Of a DNA stretch of 64,000 bases, positions 8,638 through 17,663 are shown one piece after another (within the stretch, counting starts at the first letter, position 1; the number at the start of each line of letters is the position of its first letter). The notes beneath the pieces were generated by a model. It did no database searches. It worked only from the letters and a program-made list of their open reading frames with translations, and was not told where the DNA came from. Made by a program: the position numbers and the translations under genes. This DNA comes from Candidatus Woesearchaeota archaeon (lineage in GTDB: Archaea; Nanobdellota; Nanobdellia; Woesearchaeales; JABIAG01). Where the stretch lies: NCBI GenBank assembly GCA_018653365.1, contig JABIAG010000001.1:128001-192000 (forward strand), read 5' to 3'.

Positions 8638-9996
8638 CTACTTTAATTCATTTTTCCAATAACTTCTACCTTCTTTATCATTAGCTCGCCTAAACATGTG
8701 CATTGTGTCAGGATCTTGTTTACCAAGTTCATCTAATACTCTCCTTTCAAGAGTTGAAAATGTTACATTTTCAAAAGGTTTAAGTACGTTATATAATGAG
8801 GTCAGGGCAGAAGCAAAAATTACCATTCTGTTTAGTTCTGTCTGAGAATAACTATTTGAAGCAATGGCTCGAGATCTTTGATCCATGTGAACCCATTCTT
8901 GTTGTCCTGTTGCATCCGCGTTTACAATTGCTGCCAATTTAGTGTTTTTAATTACTGTGAGAGGATACGCTCTTAAAGAATTTGGTTTAAAGACATCTAT
9001 TACCTCCTGTAATGAGCTTCTTTGACCCGCATAATCATCGCCGGGTAGTCCAATAATTAGTTCAAGTTTAAAAGGAATTCCATTTTGAGAAAGTTGAGGG
9101 AGGAAATTATACGCCTTTGTTAAATCATTACTTCTTAACCAGGAAGGAACGCACGGATTGAGAGTTTGAAGACCAATAATTACTTCTTGCATGTTAGTGG
9201 ATGCTAATAAATTGATGGTATCTTCATTAAAAACTTCTGATCTATAATATGCAGTGACTTTGGTGTCTGGCGCATACTGGGTATACCATTCTAAAATTTT
9301 CTTATCTCTCCCTAAGGGGAATGCTAAAATAGGGTCAATGATTGCACTTTCGTTAAAGCCAATTCTTCCAATACCCTTGATTTCTTCTTCAGTAATCGCA
9401 AGGTTTCTTGCTTGAACTCCTTGACGAATTCTGTGCCCACAAAAACCACAATTATATGCACAACCAACCGAAGTATCATGCCAAGTAAATGTTTTATCAG
9501 TATCTTCAAACTCTGTAAGGGCGGGCATGAAGGGTTCAGAATAAATTGGAGTGTACTTTGAGGGAAAAACAACATCTTTGTGAGTTGTTGCATCACCTTC
9601 TTGTCCGGTTAGTATTGATAAAATAATTCTTCTCAAAGGATCTTCACCCTCACCAGAAACGAGTTGCGTTCCTGAAGGAAATGAACATATATCTAAAGCA
9701 GATACTTCAGGACCTCCAATTACTATTCTAGGGTTAGCAAGTAACTCTGAATTGGCAATAGTTTGAACTTTGTCAGTAGTCCATATGTATGCAGTCATCC
9801 CAGTTAAATCAGTACTTAAATCATTCAATCTTTTTGTAGTAACTTCAGGAGATTCATCCATATGAACTGGAAGTATTCTGATCCGTACATCTGGAATCGC
9901 TAAATTGTGTGCAGCAAGTCTAAACGCTGCTAAAGAATATCTACTAGGGTATTCCTCTAATCTATGATAAAAACTAACTAAAGATACATTTAACAT
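8638..9996 (-). CDS. B12-binding-type radical SAM enzyme
   Basis: CAYNCGFC; N-terminal Rossmann-like YIW..IVIGGPEV..GEGE; LIIGLPGD. Confidence 0.8.
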   Translation of the reverse strand: MLNVSLVSFYHRLEEYPSRYSLAAFRLAAHNLAIPDVRIRILPVHMDESPEVTTKRLNDLSTDLTGMTAYIWTTDKVQTIANSELLANPRIVIGGPEVSALDICSFPSGTQLVSGEGEDPLRRIILSILTGQEGDATTHKDVVFPSKYTPIYSEPFMPALTEFEDTDKTFTWHDTSVGCAYNCGFCGHRIRQGVQARNLAITEEEIKGIGRIGFNESAIIDPILAFPLGRDKKILEWYTQYAPDTKVTAYYRSEVFNEDTINLLASTNMQEVIIGLQTLNPCVPSWLRSNDLTKAYNFLPQLSQNGIPFKLELIIGLPGDDYAGQRSSLQEVIDVFKPNSLRAYPLTVIKNTKLAAIVNADATGQQEWVHMDQRSRAIASNSYSQTELNRMVIFASALTSLYNVLKPFENVTFSTLERRVLDELGKQDPDTMHMFRRANDKEGRSYWKNELK

Positions 9997-10898
9997 CTTC
10001 TTTCAACCGGCACAATATACGATTTATGATAATTTAATACATGCATCTGTTTTTTTTCTTCAGGAAATCGACTAACCCAAACATCTTTTAAGTGTAAATT
10101 ATCTTCAATTAATTGCCCAACAAAAATATTGTCTTTAGCATAAGGTAAAATCAGTTCACCTTTAGGAGTTATCATAATCAGGGTCCCGGTGTAATCATTC
10201 TTTTCACTATCGGCAAGATATATTTCTGGAAACCAATCTGTTAATTCACGATGCAATCTTCGAAATGTATCTGTGGGAATATCATACCGTCTTCTTACAC
10301 TTTCTTTTTCTCCTCCTCCACGAATTGTAAACTGTCTTAGTTTCCATATTTCTGGCGGACATCCAGCAAGACATTCACCTACTTCTTCCATCTCACCTAA
10401 AGTCTTCTGACTGACTACTGAACTAACTTTTAAATGGCTTCTTTCTCTTTGAGAAAACTTATAACACAACATTTGTAAATGTTCGCGTGACACATAAGGA
10501 CGTTTCATTTTTCTAGCTAAATTGCCATCTAAAGTATCTGCAGTCAGGGATAACCAATCCACCTCAAGATCAAGAAGTCTTTCAATATCTTCTTCTTTTA
10601 GTGTAACTGAAGTTGACTCAAGATTCAAACCTAACTTATTTCTTTTTACATATTCGATAAGTTCCCAAATATCTTTTCTCCTAAATGGTTCCCTACCTGC
10701 AAAAGAAATCATTTCTGCGCCACACTCAATAACCTTATCTATAACTCTTTTTGCATCAGAAGTAGAAAGATCTTCAAGTCCTCTAAGATCCGTAGTGGGT
10801 GTAAGACAAATCTCACAATCAGCTACACACATTGAAGTAATAACATAAGAAACATACTTTGGCGTTGGCATTTCTTCACTTTCTATTGGACGCACCAT
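9990..10898 (-). CDS. radical SAM protein, viperin/MoaA-like partial barrel
   Basis: CVADCEIC, ISFAGREPF, WKLRQF and IMITPKG; no SPASM cysteines. Confidence 0.75.
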   Translation of the reverse strand: MVRPIESEEMPTPKYVSYVITSMCVADCEICLTPTTDLRGLEDLSTSDAKRVIDKVIECGAEMISFAGREPFRRKDIWELIEYVKRNKLGLNLESTSVTLKEEDIERLLDLEVDWLSLTADTLDGNLARKMKRPYVSREHLQMLCYKFSQRERSHLKVSSVVSQKTLGEMEEVGECLAGCPPEIWKLRQFTIRGGGEKESVRRRYDIPTDTFRRLHRELTDWFPEIYLADSEKNDYTGTLIMITPKGELILPYAKDNIFVGQLIEDNLHLKDVWVSRFPEEKKQMHVLNYHKSYIVPVERRC

Positions 10899-11001
10899 GG
10901 GGGAGATAAGAAAGCTTCAAGCAATATTTAAACGTTTTGGTTTTTTTAAATGTGATAATGTTAAACAATAACTATATAAATAATTAAAGAATTCAAATAG
11001 T

Positions 11002-11664
11002 ATGAAAAAGAAAACTCTAAAAACTGTAGTAATCACAATTATACTTATCTTAGTAATCTTTTTTATATTCAAATACATAAAAACACCTGATGTTGTTCTT
11101 GATCCAGTAAACCTAGCAGATCCATTTTTAGGACCAGAAAATGCAGCAATAGTAGTTGTTGAATATTCAGAATTTCAGTGTCCATATTGTGCAGCAGCAT
11201 TTGGAACACATGATGTACTAGTACAAAGATTTAAATCACAAATGCCTAGTTGGGAGCCATCTGTACCAGGATTAGAACAATTAGCAAGAGAGGGTAAAAT
11301 AAAATTTGTATTCAAACACTTCCCGCTAGCAGGACATGAATACGCTCAAAAAGCAGCAGAAGCAGCAGAAGCAGCAAATGCACAAGGAAAATTCTGGGAA
11401 TATCACGACGCACTATTTGAAAAAGGTGGAGCTTTTGATGATGACACATTAATAGAAATTGCAGAAGAACTAGACTTAGATGTTTCAAGGTTCAAAGCAG
11501 AACTAAAAGGAGACGTATACGCAAGATCAGTAAGAGATGACATGCGAGAGGGACAAAGATTAGGTGTGGGAGGAACCCCTGCATTTCTAATAAACGGACA
11601 GTTAATAGAAGGCGCACAACCATTTCAGGTATTTGAAGAAGCAATCGCAAGCTTAGAAGAATAA
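11002..11664 (+). CDS. DsbA-family thiol:disulfide oxidoreductase, membrane-anchored
   Basis: EFQCPYC, FKHFPL, GVGGTPAF; N-terminal TM. Confidence 0.92.
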   Translation: MKKKTLKTVVITIILILVIFFIFKYIKTPDVVLDPVNLADPFLGPENAAIVVVEYSEFQCPYCAAAFGTHDVLVQRFKSQMPSWEPSVPGLEQLAREGKIKFVFKHFPLAGHEYAQKAAEAAEAANAQGKFWEYHDALFEKGGAFDDDTLIEIAEELDLDVSRFKAELKGDVYARSVRDDMREGQRLGVGGTPAFLINGQLIEGAQPFQVFEEAIASLEE

Positions 11665-11695
11665 TCTTTTTAAACAACTTTCTTTCACTACTCAT

Positions 11696-12100
11696 ATGAC
11701 TTTGCAAATTCCCTTAGGATCACAACCCCCAAGATTTGAAGTACCTGACGTAGTTTATAACCATGGACCAAAATTACCTTTAGATTTTTCTTATGCCAGT
11801 GATAGGTTTGGTTACGTAGCTATAGTCTTTGGTGAAGCCGAACTTGGAATGAACTGCCAATATGAGCATTCTGCCATGATTCTTACAGAGGGAAAATTAA
11901 ATCCTCAGTTTAGAGTTGGAGTTAGAAACCTCTTAGTAGCATTACAAGAAGGAACTTTACGTTTGCTAAACGAACAAAGATTTCAAGAAGTAAGAACACA
12001 GTTAATAACACACTTAGGTAAAAGCAAAGACCCTGGACTAAGAACACTTCCCAATAGATTAACACGACAACCCACTGAATTAAAAGCGTTGTTGATTTAG
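11696..12100 (+). CDS. hypothetical protein
   Basis: 134-aa ORF with leaderless TATA (TTTTTAAA) upstream. Confidence 0.6.
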   Translation: MTLQIPLGSQPPRFEVPDVVYNHGPKLPLDFSYASDRFGYVAIVFGEAELGMNCQYEHSAMILTEGKLNPQFRVGVRNLLVALQEGTLRLLNEQRFQEVRTQLITHLGKSKDPGLRTLPNRLTRQPTELKALLI

Positions 12101-12159
12101 AAACATAACTTTATATAATCATATAAATATTTATATACTCATATTCTAACCTTAACCTT

Positions 12160-13236
12160 ATGTCAATGTTTAAAGATATGCTAAAAGATACAGAAAGCCT
12201 ATTCACTACAAATGTAGAAGCACTAGATTTTGATTACCTACCAAAATTAGTGCCTTTTAGAGAGGCAGAACAAAAACAAATAGCTAACTGTATTAAACCC
12301 TTATTTCAAAAAAGAAACGGAAGAAACATATTAGTACACGGAAAGCCAGGAATTGGTAAAACCGTTGCAATAAAACACATTCTAAAAGAGCTAGAAGAAG
12401 AAACAGATGAAATCTTTCCAATATACATAAACTGCTGGCAGACAACAACTTCATTTAAAATAATGATAGAAATCTGCAACCAATTAGGTTACAAGTTCAC
12501 TCAAAACAAAAAAACAGAAGAACTAACAAAAGTAGTAAAAGATATAATAAACCAAAATTCTGGAGCAGTAATAATCTTTGATGAAATAGACAAAGTAGAA
12601 GATACAGACTTCTTATACTTATTACTGGAGGAAGTATACAGAAAAACAATTATTCTAATTACAAATTATAAATCCTGGTTCACACAAGTAGATGAACGAA
12701 CAAGATCAAGACTCATACCTGACTTGTTAGAATTTAAAGAATACACTGAACAAGAAACAATTGAAATATTAAAAGCCCGAATGCAATATGCTTTTGTTCC
12801 AAACGTTTGGGACGATGACGCATTTAACCTCTTAGCAAAAAAAGCAGCAGAAATGAAAGATATAAGAACAGGATTATTCCTCATAAAAGAAGCAGGACAA
12901 ATAGCAGAAGACAAATCAAAGAAAAAAATAGAAAAAGAAGACGCACTACAAGCAATAACAAAACTAGAAAGTTTCTCAATAAAAAGCAGTAACGACTTAG
13001 TAGACATAGAAAAAGAAATACTTGAAATGATAAAGAAAAATAATGAAATGAAAATTGGAGACCTGTTTAAGATGTACGCAGCAAAAGGAAAAGACATAAG
13101 CTACAGAACATTTCAACGAAGAATAAAAAAATTAGAAGAGGGCAAGTTCATAAATATACAAAAGTTAGACGGTGGAGCAGAAGGCAAGACATCTATTATC
13201 AAGTATGGTGAAAGTAAAAAATTAACTGATTTCTAA
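12160..13236 (+). CDS. cdc6: Orc1/Cdc6 replication initiator
   Basis: LDFDYLP.LVPFRE, GKPGIGKT Walker A, YINC, IIFDEID Walker B, C-terminal wHTH. Confidence 0.92.
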   Translation: MSMFKDMLKDTESLFTTNVEALDFDYLPKLVPFREAEQKQIANCIKPLFQKRNGRNILVHGKPGIGKTVAIKHILKELEEETDEIFPIYINCWQTTTSFKIMIEICNQLGYKFTQNKKTEELTKVVKDIINQNSGAVIIFDEIDKVEDTDFLYLLLEEVYRKTIILITNYKSWFTQVDERTRSRLIPDLLEFKEYTEQETIEILKARMQYAFVPNVWDDDAFNLLAKKAAEMKDIRTGLFLIKEAGQIAEDKSKKKIEKEDALQAITKLESFSIKSSNDLVDIEKEILEMIKKNNEMKIGDLFKMYAAKGKDISYRTFQRRIKKLEEGKFINIQKLDGGAEGKTSIIKYGESKKLTDF

Positions 13237-13262
13237 TCATTCTAGTACTTGTATGACTAAGT

Positions 13263-13760
13263 CTATTTAACCGCCATACAAACATCTAGAATATGATGAT
13301 GTTCAGGATGTTCTTCAGGTCTGTTTAAGTATATCTCATAACTTGGTCTTGACATATCTATCTCTTTATTATTTTCTTTTATCCATTCAACAACTTTATT
13401 CCATGCAGGACCATATTCTTCTGGGCCGAACAATTCCACACGCATTACAACATATTTTCCGCCAGGAAGAGTTTTCTTTTTTATTTCATTTTCAACTTCA
13501 ACATTTTCTTTGAGAGTCATACATACATCTAATTTAAGTTTATCTGGCGGAGTTGTGTGTGGATCATCATGATAAACTGACATGAAAATAGTTTCATTAT
13601 TTATTAATTGTTTAGAACTCGCCCAACCACAAAGTTTACCAAATAACTCTTTAAAGACTTGAACATTTCCCATGTAGTTGCCAACAAAAGAAACATAAGC
13701 AACATTTCTTTCTCCCAATTCCTTAATTTCTGGTTTGTTTATGAGTTCCACATTTATCAC
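13263..13760 (-). CDS. GyrI-like small-molecule-binding protein
   Basis: YHDDP..TPPDKL..DVC, LPGGKY, YEIYLN.P. Confidence 0.9.
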   Translation of the reverse strand: MINVELINKPEIKELGERNVAYVSFVGNYMGNVQVFKELFGKLCGWASSKQLINNETIFMSVYHDDPHTTPPDKLKLDVCMTLKENVEVENEIKKKTLPGGKYVVMRVELFGPEEYGPAWNKVVEWIKENNKEIDMSRPSYEIYLNRPEEHPEHHHILDVCMAVK

Positions 13761-13891
13761 CTATTTTAAGATAATGTGTTAAATATATAAATTTTCTTAT
13801 GATTCAAATTTAAGTTATAATTGTTTGCCCCTCTTTTTTATTTGAGATAAATTTATATATTGTCAATCATATTTAAGCTATGGTGATGTAA

Positions 13892-14092
13892 ATGAATATG
13901 TCTGAACTTGAATTTCATAGAAAAGTACTTGAACATTTTGAAGAACTGGCTGAATATAAAAGTGGATTAAATGCTCGAGCATTAACGAAGATTATAGAAG
14001 GACTTACGGAGTTAGTAAAAGTTGAGTCTTCTTTTAGCGGAGCAGAGGATACTCAGATTCACGTTGGTCTATCAGGATTTAAACGTAAATAA
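13892..14092 (+). CDS. small hypothetical protein
   Basis: 66 aa; TATA TTTATATA and SD GGTGA upstream. Confidence 0.6.
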   Translation: MNMSELEFHRKVLEHFEELAEYKSGLNARALTKIIEGLTELVKVESSFSGAEDTQIHVGLSGFKRK

Positions 14093-14165
14093 ACTGCAAA
14101 TAAATTTCTATTTTTTCGTTTATTATAATCTAGTTTAAGATGATTTAATCCGCACTAGACAAGAC

Positions 14166-14248
14166 TTGTCCAATGCTCAAACCCGCTAAAACCTCCAAAT
14201 TCTAACTTTCTAAAAGATCCTTTAAAAACAATTCTAACCATTGGACAA
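14166..14248. promoter_or_regulatory. 10-bp perfect inverted repeat next to a TATA box
   Basis: TTGTCCAATG(14166)/CATTGGACAA(14239); GACAAG-A-CTTGTC palindrome at 14158; TATATAAA at 14263. Confidence 0.45.
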
Positions 14249-14359
14249 ACCCTGGAATGAGGTATATAAAGGAAACAATTCTACTAGTAATTGTTGATTC
14301 GAAACGGGCATTATGCCGAGTAAAACCCGTTTTAATTTTTAAAAAAAGAGGTGGTTAAT

Positions 14360-14524
14360 ATGATACAACAAAAATCGAAGATTTTTGAGCATCATTTCCA
14401 ACCAGGAGGAAAAATGATAGACCTAAGCCAAAAAACAATAAGTGAATTATTTTATGACCAAATTAAAAGAGTGACTCGCGAAAGTAGTTTTGACATACAA
14501 TACAGTGAGTGGTGGGCAAAATGA
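14360..14524 (+). CDS. microprotein 1 (54 aa, or 36 aa from ATG 14414), not in ORF track
   Basis: SD GAGGTGG before 14360 and GGAGG before 14414; MIDLSQKTISELFYDQIKRVTRESSFDIQYSEWWAK; ATGA overlap with the next ORF. Confidence 0.7.
   Translation: MIQQKSKIFEHHFQPGGKMIDLSQKTISELFYDQIKRVTRESSFDIQYSEWWAK
14364..14394 (+). repeat. palindromic REP-like element
   Basis: TACAA-CAAAAATC-GAA-GATTTTTG-AGCATCA. Confidence 0.8.
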
Positions 14525-14631
14525 AGTCTGTCAATAGATTAGCAATGGACCTAGTAGATGAAGCAAGATGGACTGGAGAGTTAAGTGGAGAAGAAGCAGA
14601 TTATATACTCGATTATATACAAACCGCGTGA
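14521..14631 (+). CDS. microprotein 2 (36 aa), not in ORF track
   Basis: MKSVNRLAMDLVDEARWTGELSGEEADYILDYIQTA; SD-like GGTGG; ATGA translational coupling. Confidence 0.7.
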   Translation: MKSVNRLAMDLVDEARWTGELSGEEADYILDYIQTA

Positions 14632-14640
14632 GGTGAAAAA

Positions 14641-14754
14641 ATGAATTTCAATAAAAAACAAAATTATGTAAGTTGGGAAGAATACATGAACAAGGTAGAT
14701 CAGTTTGAAGATTTTATTTTCAGACAAAGTAGTCGAGGAACGTTCTTGCCATAA
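14641..14754 (+). CDS. microprotein 3 (37 aa), not in ORF track
   Basis: MNFNKKQNYVSWEEYMNKVDQFEDFIFRQSSRGTFLP; SD GAGGTGA complementary to the 16S 3' end TCACCTC. Confidence 0.72.
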   Translation: MNFNKKQNYVSWEEYMNKVDQFEDFIFRQSSRGTFLP

Positions 14755-14769
14755 AAACCCTTTCAAAAT

Positions 14770-14850
14770 CAAAGAGTTTAGAGTGTCAAAATCTGCAGGG
14801 TCAGTTTTTAACACACCAAAATTACTAAACCTTTGTTTTTTTATTTTTTT
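14770..14850 (+). terminator. long imperfect hairpin + T-run ending the microprotein operon
   Basis: CAAAGAGTTTAG/CTAAACCTTTG outer stem, GTGTCAAAA/TTTTAACAC inner stem, then TTTTTTTATTTTTT. Confidence 0.55.
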
Positions 14851-14892
14851 AAATAACGTATTTCGCTAATAAGTAGATCACAATTGTTTTTT

Positions 14893-14954
14893 ATACAACA
14901 AAATTTTGAAAAAGAAATTTTGAGCATCAAAAACATCCCTGTTGTTTTTAATGC
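14893..14954 (+). repeat. composite palindromic element (two hairpins)
   Basis: ATACAA-CAAAATTTT-GAAAAA-GAAATTTTG-AGCATCA, then GCATCAAAAACA..TGTTTTTAATGC. Confidence 0.7.
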
Positions 14955-14968
14955 ACCTCTAACCCCTT

Positions 14969-15006
14969 CCAACCCTCAGAAATGAGGGATTGGTTTTTAT
15001 TTTTTT
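14969..15006 (+). terminator. GAAA-tetraloop hairpin + T-run
   Basis: CCAACCCTCA-GAAA-TGAGGGATTGG-TTTTTATTTTTTT. Confidence 0.55.
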
Positions 15007-15019
15007 CATTAAATGAATG

Positions 15020-16300
15020 TTAATCCCAAATCTTCTTAGTTTTTAATTCAGAAATGTTATTCTCCAACTTTTCTAAATAACTTAAAAGTTTTTGTTTTAA
15101 ATGGGTGCCGAGTTGTTCATAAGCACTAAAGTTTTGATGTAATTTTTTGAATGGTTCCTCAACATTAGAAGTATTGTGACCTATGCAAACCATATATGCT
15201 GAAAGCATCCATTCAATGAAATCAGATTCAGCAGAACTTTTTGCTTCAGCTAAGTAAACTTCATTATTCTCTTCAGCTAGCCTATACTCTGAGCCGCGAT
15301 AATATTTATTTTCTTGTCCATTTCTAAACTTGCCTTTAACAACTAATATTGGTCCGCCTTTAATTGGTAAATATCTAAAGAACAGTAAGAGTTCAATCAA
15401 GATTAAAGTAATTTTGTGTGTTTCAAAGATCAATTTTATGTCTTCAAAAGATCGTTTTTCCATATCACTTATCATCCTTCTTGTATGACTAATAATTCTA
15501 ATGTGTTTTCTTAATTTTCGTAAATTATGTTCATCCCCCTTAACTGCATCACTTACATAATTATCATCTTGAATTTCCATAGCTAGAATGGTTAAAACTG
15601 AATCTGCGATCATATTTAATAAAAGTTTGGTGCTACTAAATTCATGTTTACATAAATAACTTAATTCACTATCCTCTTCTTGAAGCATCTTAAGTGTATC
15701 ATGAACACTCTTCCACTCAACTCCTCCCTGTTCTACATAACTCTCTAACTTTTTTACTCCTGTTTGAATATTATTGAAATGTTTTTTTAATATATGATCT
15801 TCATCATTTGAATATTTTAACATTAATCTCGCAACTTCTTCTTCATTTTCTCGTGCTCTAGAAATGCCATGATATAACTCATGTTTTATAACATATTCTG
15901 AAGATAATTTGTGAGTTTTTATTCCAACAATGTCAATATATAAATAAAAATAAGTTAGATCGTCACTTAAATTAATCTGTTGTTCTATTCTACCATTTGA
16001 AAAACAAAAAACACAAATAGCTTGTTTGGTTCTTATTATGCTTGAAGGATAACCTCCAAACTTTTTAATAAAATTTTCTAAGATGTTCAAAAAAGTGTTA
16101 ACTTTCTCTACTGTAGAATGATCTGAAGAAAAGTGTTTTCTTTCTCTTAAATCAGTTATGTTATGAAGTTTATTCCAATGTTCTAAGGCATCAATTGTGA
16201 TAAACCACTCGATGTTAAGAGGAATGTCTTGATTATCCAATAAGTCTTTCTTAAAATTAATGCTTTCAACTTTTTTACCATTATAGTTGCTGATATGCAT
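15020..16300 (-). CDS. hypothetical protein with HExxH zincin-like motif
   Basis: VIKHELYHG; 426 aa, mostly helical. Confidence 0.65.
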   Translation of the reverse strand: MHISNYNGKKVESINFKKDLLDNQDIPLNIEWFITIDALEHWNKLHNITDLRERKHFSSDHSTVEKVNTFLNILENFIKKFGGYPSSIIRTKQAICVFCFSNGRIEQQINLSDDLTYFYLYIDIVGIKTHKLSSEYVIKHELYHGISRARENEEEVARLMLKYSNDEDHILKKHFNNIQTGVKKLESYVEQGGVEWKSVHDTLKMLQEEDSELSYLCKHEFSSTKLLLNMIADSVLTILAMEIQDDNYVSDAVKGDEHNLRKLRKHIRIISHTRRMISDMEKRSFEDIKLIFETHKITLILIELLLFFRYLPIKGGPILVVKGKFRNGQENKYYRGSEYRLAEENNEVYLAEAKSSAESDFIEWMLSAYMVCIGHNTSNVEEPFKKLHQNFSAYEQLGTHLKQKLLSYLEKLENNISELKTKKIWD

Positions 16301-16447
16301 ATAAAAAAATAAGTTAGTAACTATAAAAACATTGTTATTAATTTAACTTATCCTGATTTGACATTGTTTCTAAAAATTATATAAAAAAGATTAAACATTA
16401 CTAACTATTTACACAACATTTTTAAATAAGTTAGTAGTCACTAAAAT

Positions 16448-17008
16448 ATGCAAGTAATAGACAGAAATGAACTAAAAATATACAAACAAGACTTCTACAA
16501 AAGAATCAAATCTGGAAAGATATTTATCTACCCAACAGACACAATCTATGGACTGGGATGTGACGCAACAAACGCAGAAGCAGTAAAAAAGATAAGAGAA
16601 ATAAAAGAAAGAACCAAATCACCATTCTCAGTAATAGCACCATCAAAAAAATGGATAAAAGAAAACTGTGAAATAACCAAAAAAAGAGCACTATGGAAAC
16701 TACCTGGAAAATACACCATAATATTCAAACTAAAAAATAAAAATGCAGTAGCAAAAGAAGTAAACCCTGGAATGAATTCTTTAGGAGTAAGAATACCAAA
16801 ACACTGGGCAAGCAAACTAGCAAAAGAAACAAATTTACCAATTATAACAACCAGTGTAAACAAACAAGGAGAAGAATACCTAAAAGTAATAAATGATATT
16901 CCACTAGAAATTAAAGGACATATTGATTTTGCAATAGATGAAGGACCAATAGAAGGAAGCCCATCAACACTAATAAACACAACAACAAACGAAGTAATAA
17001 AACGATAA
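16448..17008 (+). CDS. tsaC: L-threonylcarbamoyladenylate synthase (Sua5/YrdC)
   Basis: YPTDTIYGLGC, K.R, GVRIP, TSVN, PST. Confidence 0.93.
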   Translation: MQVIDRNELKIYKQDFYKRIKSGKIFIYPTDTIYGLGCDATNAEAVKKIREIKERTKSPFSVIAPSKKWIKENCEITKKRALWKLPGKYTIIFKLKNKNAVAKEVNPGMNSLGVRIPKHWASKLAKETNLPIITTSVNKQGEEYLKVINDIPLEIKGHIDFAIDEGPIEGSPSTLINTTTNEVIKR

Positions 17009-17060
17009 TTTGTCCTAAAAAAGAGACATCTTTATAAAATTACCATTCTTTTAAAACTCT

Positions 17061-17663
17061 ATGAAAATACTGGCAGCTGGCGACATACATGGAGACACAA
17101 GAAGAGTACAAGAGCTAGCAGAACAAGCAGAAAAAGAACAAGTAGATCTAGTGGTGTTGTGTGGAGATCTAACTCAAAATGATGAGTCAACAAAAGGACT
17201 AATAGGGCCCTTTCTAAATAAAAATAAAAAAGTAGTAATCATACCTGGAAATCATGAAACCCTAGCAACTGCGGATTTTTTAGCACAATTATACGACGTA
17301 ACAAACTTACACGGATACTCCATAAAGAATAACAACATAGGATTATTTGGATGTGGCGGAGCAAACATTGGAACTGCACAATTAACAGAAAAAGAAATAT
17401 TTGAAACGTTAAACCAAGGGTTCCAAAATGTAAAAGAATTAGAAAAAAAAATCATGATCACACATGTGCATCCAACAAATACAAAAATGGAAAAGTTCTC
17501 CGAATTTGTCCTAGGAAGTAAAGGAGTAGAAAATGCAGTAAGAACATTTAAACCAGACTTATTGCTATGTTCTCATGTCCATGAAGCAGAAGGAATAGAA
17601 GAAATGCTAGGTGGAACAAAAGTAATAAATGTAGGAAGAACAGGTAAAATAATTAATATTTAA
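17061..17663 (+). CDS. calcineurin-like metallophosphoesterase
   Basis: GDIHG, GDL, GNHE, TH, SHVH. Confidence 0.9.
   Translation: MKILAAGDIHGDTRRVQELAEQAEKEQVDLVVLCGDLTQNDESTKGLIGPFLNKNKKVVIIPGNHETLATADFLAQLYDVTNLHGYSIKNNNIGLFGCGGANIGTAQLTEKEIFETLNQGFQNVKELEKKIMITHVHPTNTKMEKFSEFVLGSKGVENAVRTFKPDLLLCSHVHEAEGIEEMLGGTKVINVGRTGKIINI

Noticed and set aside
14581-14814. 77-aa minus-strand ORF
   Set aside because: Antisense to SD-led microproteins 2 and 3; no SD, and composition looks like a shadow frame
13240-15019. Replication origin next to cdc6
   Set aside because: No repeated ORB or mini-ORB (TTCCAG..GAAAC plus G-string) found; the gap is better explained by the microprotein operon. A divergent DPANN origin cannot be excluded.
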